A DNA stretch of 64,000 nt. Source: Vicugna vicugna (Eukaryota). This document shows positions 58,835 through 64,000 of this stretch, piece by piece (position 1 is the first letter of the stretch; each line of letters starts with the position of its first letter). A program made the translations under genes and the position numbers. Location of the stretch: the NCBI GenBank assembly GCA_013265495.1, contig MU058557.1, forward strand, positions 124,001 through 188,000, in the 5' to 3' direction. The notes below the pieces were generated by a model, which was not told the origin of the DNA, did no database searches, and saw only the letters and a list, made by a program, of their open reading frames with translations.

Positions 58835-61800
58835 CTAAGACAAGGGAGAGAGACAGTCACCGCTCTCCCGGAAGGACAGGCGCTCTGTCTCTGAGCGGCC
58901 GGCACTTCGCCAGCCGCCTGGCGGGCCCTGCCCAGCCCGTGCCTCGCCTGTGCCCTCCCACAGCGGGCCTGGCTGGGCCCGACCCGCAGGTCTCTTCCGA
59001 CATGCAGGAGGCAAGCGCATCTCTGCACCCGAGGGTCCAGAGGCCCGTGGGGGCAGCTCGGAGGGTAAGGGCGGGGCCTCGCCAAGGGGCCTGCTTTTTC
59101 ACCAGGGCCTGGGCTGGGGGTGGCCAGCCAAGCCTTTCTGTGGGCCCTGCAGGCCAGTGTTTCCCGCTCAGCCCAGGAGAGAACTGGCTGCCCCAGGACA
59201 CCCAGAAACAGCCTAGGCCTCCTCCAGTGACTGGCATGTGGAGGTCTCCTCCCAGCCGGTCTGAGTAAAGTTGGTGCCAACTGGGGGGCCTATTTCCACC
59301 ACTCTGGCCTTGGTGATGGGCTGCACAGGCCTTGTTCTAACAGAACAACGCCCAAGAGCAGCCCGAAGGCCAGACCAAGGCTCTCCGGCTGTGCTGCTGT
59401 AATGAGCCAATGGGCCCTGCACAATTTCTAGCAGAACTGTGGTCTTGCTGGAACCACCGGTCACAGCCGTCCACCGTGAAGGCATCCAGCGTCCGAAGGC
59501 CCTGGGCGCGGGGCATCGGCAGGACCTGAGGGGAGGCAGACCCCTGATTCTCTTCCTCCTCCTACTCCCAGGCCAGGGCTGGCCCCGGGCTCATCGTCTC
59601 TGCAGCAAGCTGCCCGCTGCCCGGTGTCTGCCTTGGCCTGGGCTCTGTCAGCAGCTGGAAGAGCTTCCTTCTCTGCCTTCGGGTGGGTCCACGGGGTGGG
59701 GCGGGCCCTGGCCTTCTGCCCTTCCCCAGCCACAGGGAAAAAAGGTGTGTCCTCGCCCTGCTTCCTTGGCTGGTGGCTCGCAGCCCTTCTCCCAGCTCCG
59801 CTTCCTCTGTTTTGTGGAGCCAGAGCCTGACGTCAAGAGGATGACTCTCTTGCAGGTGACTCCACATGTGCAGGCCATGCAGGGGGTGGCCCGGGAGTGT
59901 CACTCAGGGAGAAGCCTCTGCCCCAAGCAGGCCTGGTGGGGGGGCCCAGGCCCAGCTCCTGGGACCAGGAACCCCACGTCCCCAGAGCGTTGGAGGAGGC
60001 CCTCCCTTCTCTGTCCCTGCGGAGGACAGTGGCCTGCGCCTGGCTGACACTCCCCGTTAAGTGTGGTTACAAGCTGGACAAGTGGCCCCGGCCCAGGGGC
60101 CAGAACATAATGCACCTGCACCACGCACAGCACCTACAGCGAGGGGACAGCAGCTGGCAGGACCTGCTCTCCCCTGGGTGCCACCTGGACATGGGGACCC
60201 CCCACCTCTGCCCCAGCACCACCCAACCCACTCCGCAGGAGACCCAGCAAATGTTTTTGGATGCAAGAATCTACAGATTCGGTCTGTCCAAAGAAAGCAA
60301 CCAAATTCTTGGTCTTTCTCTCTTTCCTAAGCAGAATACAATTAAAAAGAAAAAACTTTCTTTTTCCATTTCAAGTAGAACAACCTAAATCCTGTGCCCA
60401 GGCGTGCTCCGGCACTCGAGGTGGCAGGAGGCCCCGTGGGGTCCCCCGACCAGTGCACGGGAGGCTCGGACCCCCAGGGCCCTCACCCTCAGGGAGCCAC
60501 CATCCCCAGGGCCCTCCCCAGCAGACGGCAGGCAGGGAGGCAGACGAGGGCCTCAGGGGCGGAACTCGGGGGACTCTATGACCCAAGCAACCAAGCCAAG
60601 CCGTGCCTCGGGGCCATGCAGACGACATCCAGTGCTCGGCACTGCCCGGCGAGACGGGGGTGACACCGGCTGCGGCTGGGAGCCCTCCACCTGGACCCTG
60701 TGTGTGGGGGGCACAGGTGTTCTTGGCAGCGGTAGTGGTCGGAACTCCTACAGCTTGAGCCCACCGCTCTGTGATGAGGAGCCCTGGGCGAAGGGGTGGT
60801 GCGGGACGTGCTCTCACTTCACAGCCAGGGACGCAGCCCACAGGAGGCTGGCCTGGGGAGCTGAGCGGCCCTCTAGGCGTTGCCCGGGGGACACACAATA
60901 AGGTCGACCTCAGGCAGGAGCTGGTGCAGTGCAGGTAGGATCCTTGATGCAGAGGGACCAGGAGGGCCATGCCCACCGCCCACCCTCCCCGGCATCCCCT
61001 GACCCCCCAGGGTGGACAGAAGTGTGTTCTCTGTCAGGGCAGACAAAGGCTGACCTGCTCTCCGGCCCTGGGCTCCAAGGGCAGACAACACGTGGCCCTT
61101 CCCCGAGCTCCACCCAGGACAGCTGGAGCCCCACCCCCCACCCCCGGTGCTGGTGTCACCACTGTAACGCAGAGGCGGGGGCAGGAGGCTCAGGGCCTGC
61201 CAAGCCCTGGCTTGCTGCTCATAAGAGCCGACCTCGGGACAGACAGAAGCTGCGGCCCAGGCAGCGAAGCATGCTGTGGGCCCGCGGAGCCATGGCTGAA
61301 AGGAGGGGAGGGTCGCAGGCCCACAGGGCAGCCCGAGGGGTCCGCGGGGCACACTGGCTGGTCTTTCTCTAGCTCCGTGAGGCTTGTTTAGCAGGATGTT
61401 TGAATGGGCTTAGACTCCTCCTCCTGGTCTGTGCCGGGGCCCAAGGAGCCTCCTAGGGGGCTTTGCTGGGAGAGCAAATAACCCAAGGCCCCCTGCAGAG
61501 CAGGGCCCTGAGGGAGAGGCCCGGGCAGGGCGCCAGGTGTGTGGGCAGTGCTGGGACCGCCCAGGGCATGGCTCTTCACGTGTGTGTAGGGGTCTCAGTG
61601 GTCTGGCCAGCCATCCAGGTAAGCCACAGAACTTTGCTGGGAATCCCCCCCAAGCTGTGCTCTGCCACTCTGTGGGGGGCCTAGAGCCAGGCTCGAGCCA
61701 GCCACGGGCCACTATGTCACCCTGGCCAATTCCCCATCCCCTCGCCTTGCTGTCCCCTCCCGTCCCCCACGCAGCTACTGGCATGTGGGCCGGTGAACAA

Positions 61801-62255
61801 GCACGACGACGTCCGGGGAGTGAAGCCCACACTCAGCAAGGGTGGTGCCAGCGGTCAGTGGTCAGCAGCTTGAGAGCTGAAACCAGCACCTGCTGCTAAT
61901 TTAAGGGGCAGCCACACCCCTGGCTTCAGAAACACAGCGACTCACTGAGGAGTTAAACTGGCCACTTCTTAAACCCAAACTGTGGACTGAAACAGAGCGC
62001 CTGCCCAGCACCCTCTGGGCTGCAGGCCTGGTGGCCACTGGAGCCGGGTAGGGGTGTGATGGTGCAGGCCCGGCTCAGGGCAGGGGGCCTGAGGAAGGGG
62101 CTGCGTCCGCTCCTTAGGGCACAGGCCACCGCCCGAAGGAGAAAGCAGGCAGTAGGGGATGTGAATCTGAGGACGACAACAACTGCTGACACTGCTAAAC
62201 AGCCCTAAAGACCAGCCAGGGGACGGAGGGACCACGGACCCAGGGACAGCGGTAC

Positions 62256-62288
62256 CTGAGGGTAAAGTCAAAATGCAAGTTCTTTCTC
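62256..62288 (-). CDS. PACS2: PACS2 33-nt cassette exon (RRKNLHFDFTL)
   Basis: ctttctgaaaag|GAGAAAGAACTTGCATTTTGACTTTACCCTCAG|gtacc; phase 2-2; resembles the recalled human long-isoform insert RKKHFHFDFTL. Confidence 0.85.
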
Positions 62289-63027
62289 CTTTTCAGAAAG
62301 GCACCAAAGAGAAACACAGGATGTTATTACGCGCTCAGGAGTGGCAAGGCGGCCCCCCTAACGGGAGGAAGAACCCGGAGTCGTGCAGGACTGGCCGTGA
62401 CACCCGGCAGAGGCTTCAGCTTAAATCTCTCTCCTGCCTTACAAGATGTTTAACGTCCCCTTCTTGGGAGCAGAGATGCTCCACGCCGCGGAACCGGCTG
62501 CAGTCTGCCTGTTCCTGCACTTCCCCACCCGGGAGTCCCTGGAAGGACTACCCTGTCTGAGGCCTGTGCACCCAGCTCCACCCCATGTGGGCAGGTGGGT
62601 GGGCAGCTGGACCCCCGCAGGGTTTCAGCGACCCACCCGCGGCTCCTGGTTGCTGGCCGGCACTGGGCAGGACGAGAACCATGTCTCCCCGCCTGAGAAG
62701 TCCCGGCTGTTGAAGGAGCCTGTGCCCAGATTCGAGGGCGCAGGTCACTGCTAGGGGCCAGGCACCACGACCACTATCCTTTTAACTTTTATTGTGGGAA
62801 AATCCAACATGTACAAAAACAGACAACGCGACCACCTCATCCTAACTCCCACTCAGGATCCGTGAAGGGTCCCGGAGTTGAGGAGAACTGGAAGCTGCCT
62901 GGATCCCTCCCAGACATCCGTCCAAGCTCAGGTTGGGCACGGAGCCCCCAGTGAGCAACCCGAGGAGCCAGGACGCAGGCGGCTGGGGGTCGCCACCCCA
63001 CCGCCACCCACCCAGGCCCTAGAGTTA

Positions 63028-63300
<273 letters not shown>

Positions 63301-63437
63301 TTAGATCTAGCCTCAGCGTCCCAGCTGAGGCTGTCCACTGACCCCTCGCCCCCTGTAGCTCAGGGACCGCTGTGGCCGGGAGGGAGGCACACAGGTCTCC
63401 AGTCTCGCCTCAGGACAGCAGTACGACCCCCATTCTA

Positions 63438-63941
<504 letters not shown>

Positions 63942-64000
63942 TTAAAAAGATCAATAACTAATCACTGCTTTGCATTTCTGACAACAAACCAAAATCAGCA

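Overview
Very GC-rich mammalian genomic DNA, probably a camelid judging by its tRNA-derived SINEs. Three genes lie in tandem on the minus strand, in the conserved order PACS2-TEX22-MTA1. (1) PACS2: the 3' part, with nine coding exons including a 33-nt cassette, a ~2.8-kb 3' UTR and AATAAA at 53092-53097. (2) TEX22: the complete CDS in 3 coding exons (159 aa), with a CpG-island promoter right behind the PACS2 poly(A) site. (3) MTA1: exons 2-18 plus a 12-nt microexon; coding exon 1 falls in the N gap at 31949-32372 and the last exons lie beyond position 1. Introns hold nested L1, hAT/Tigger, MaLR/ERVL LTR and SINE fossils. Most ORFs in the supplied track are GC artefacts. I see no wholly new gene system. 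The notable signals are in splicing: a triplicated in-frame PACS2 donor, the MTA1 microexon, a dual-frame MTA1 exon 14 (MTA1s) and a missing MTA1 exon 3 donor. Gene identities and human comparisons come from recalled sequences, not a search; repeat family names and boundaries are approximate.
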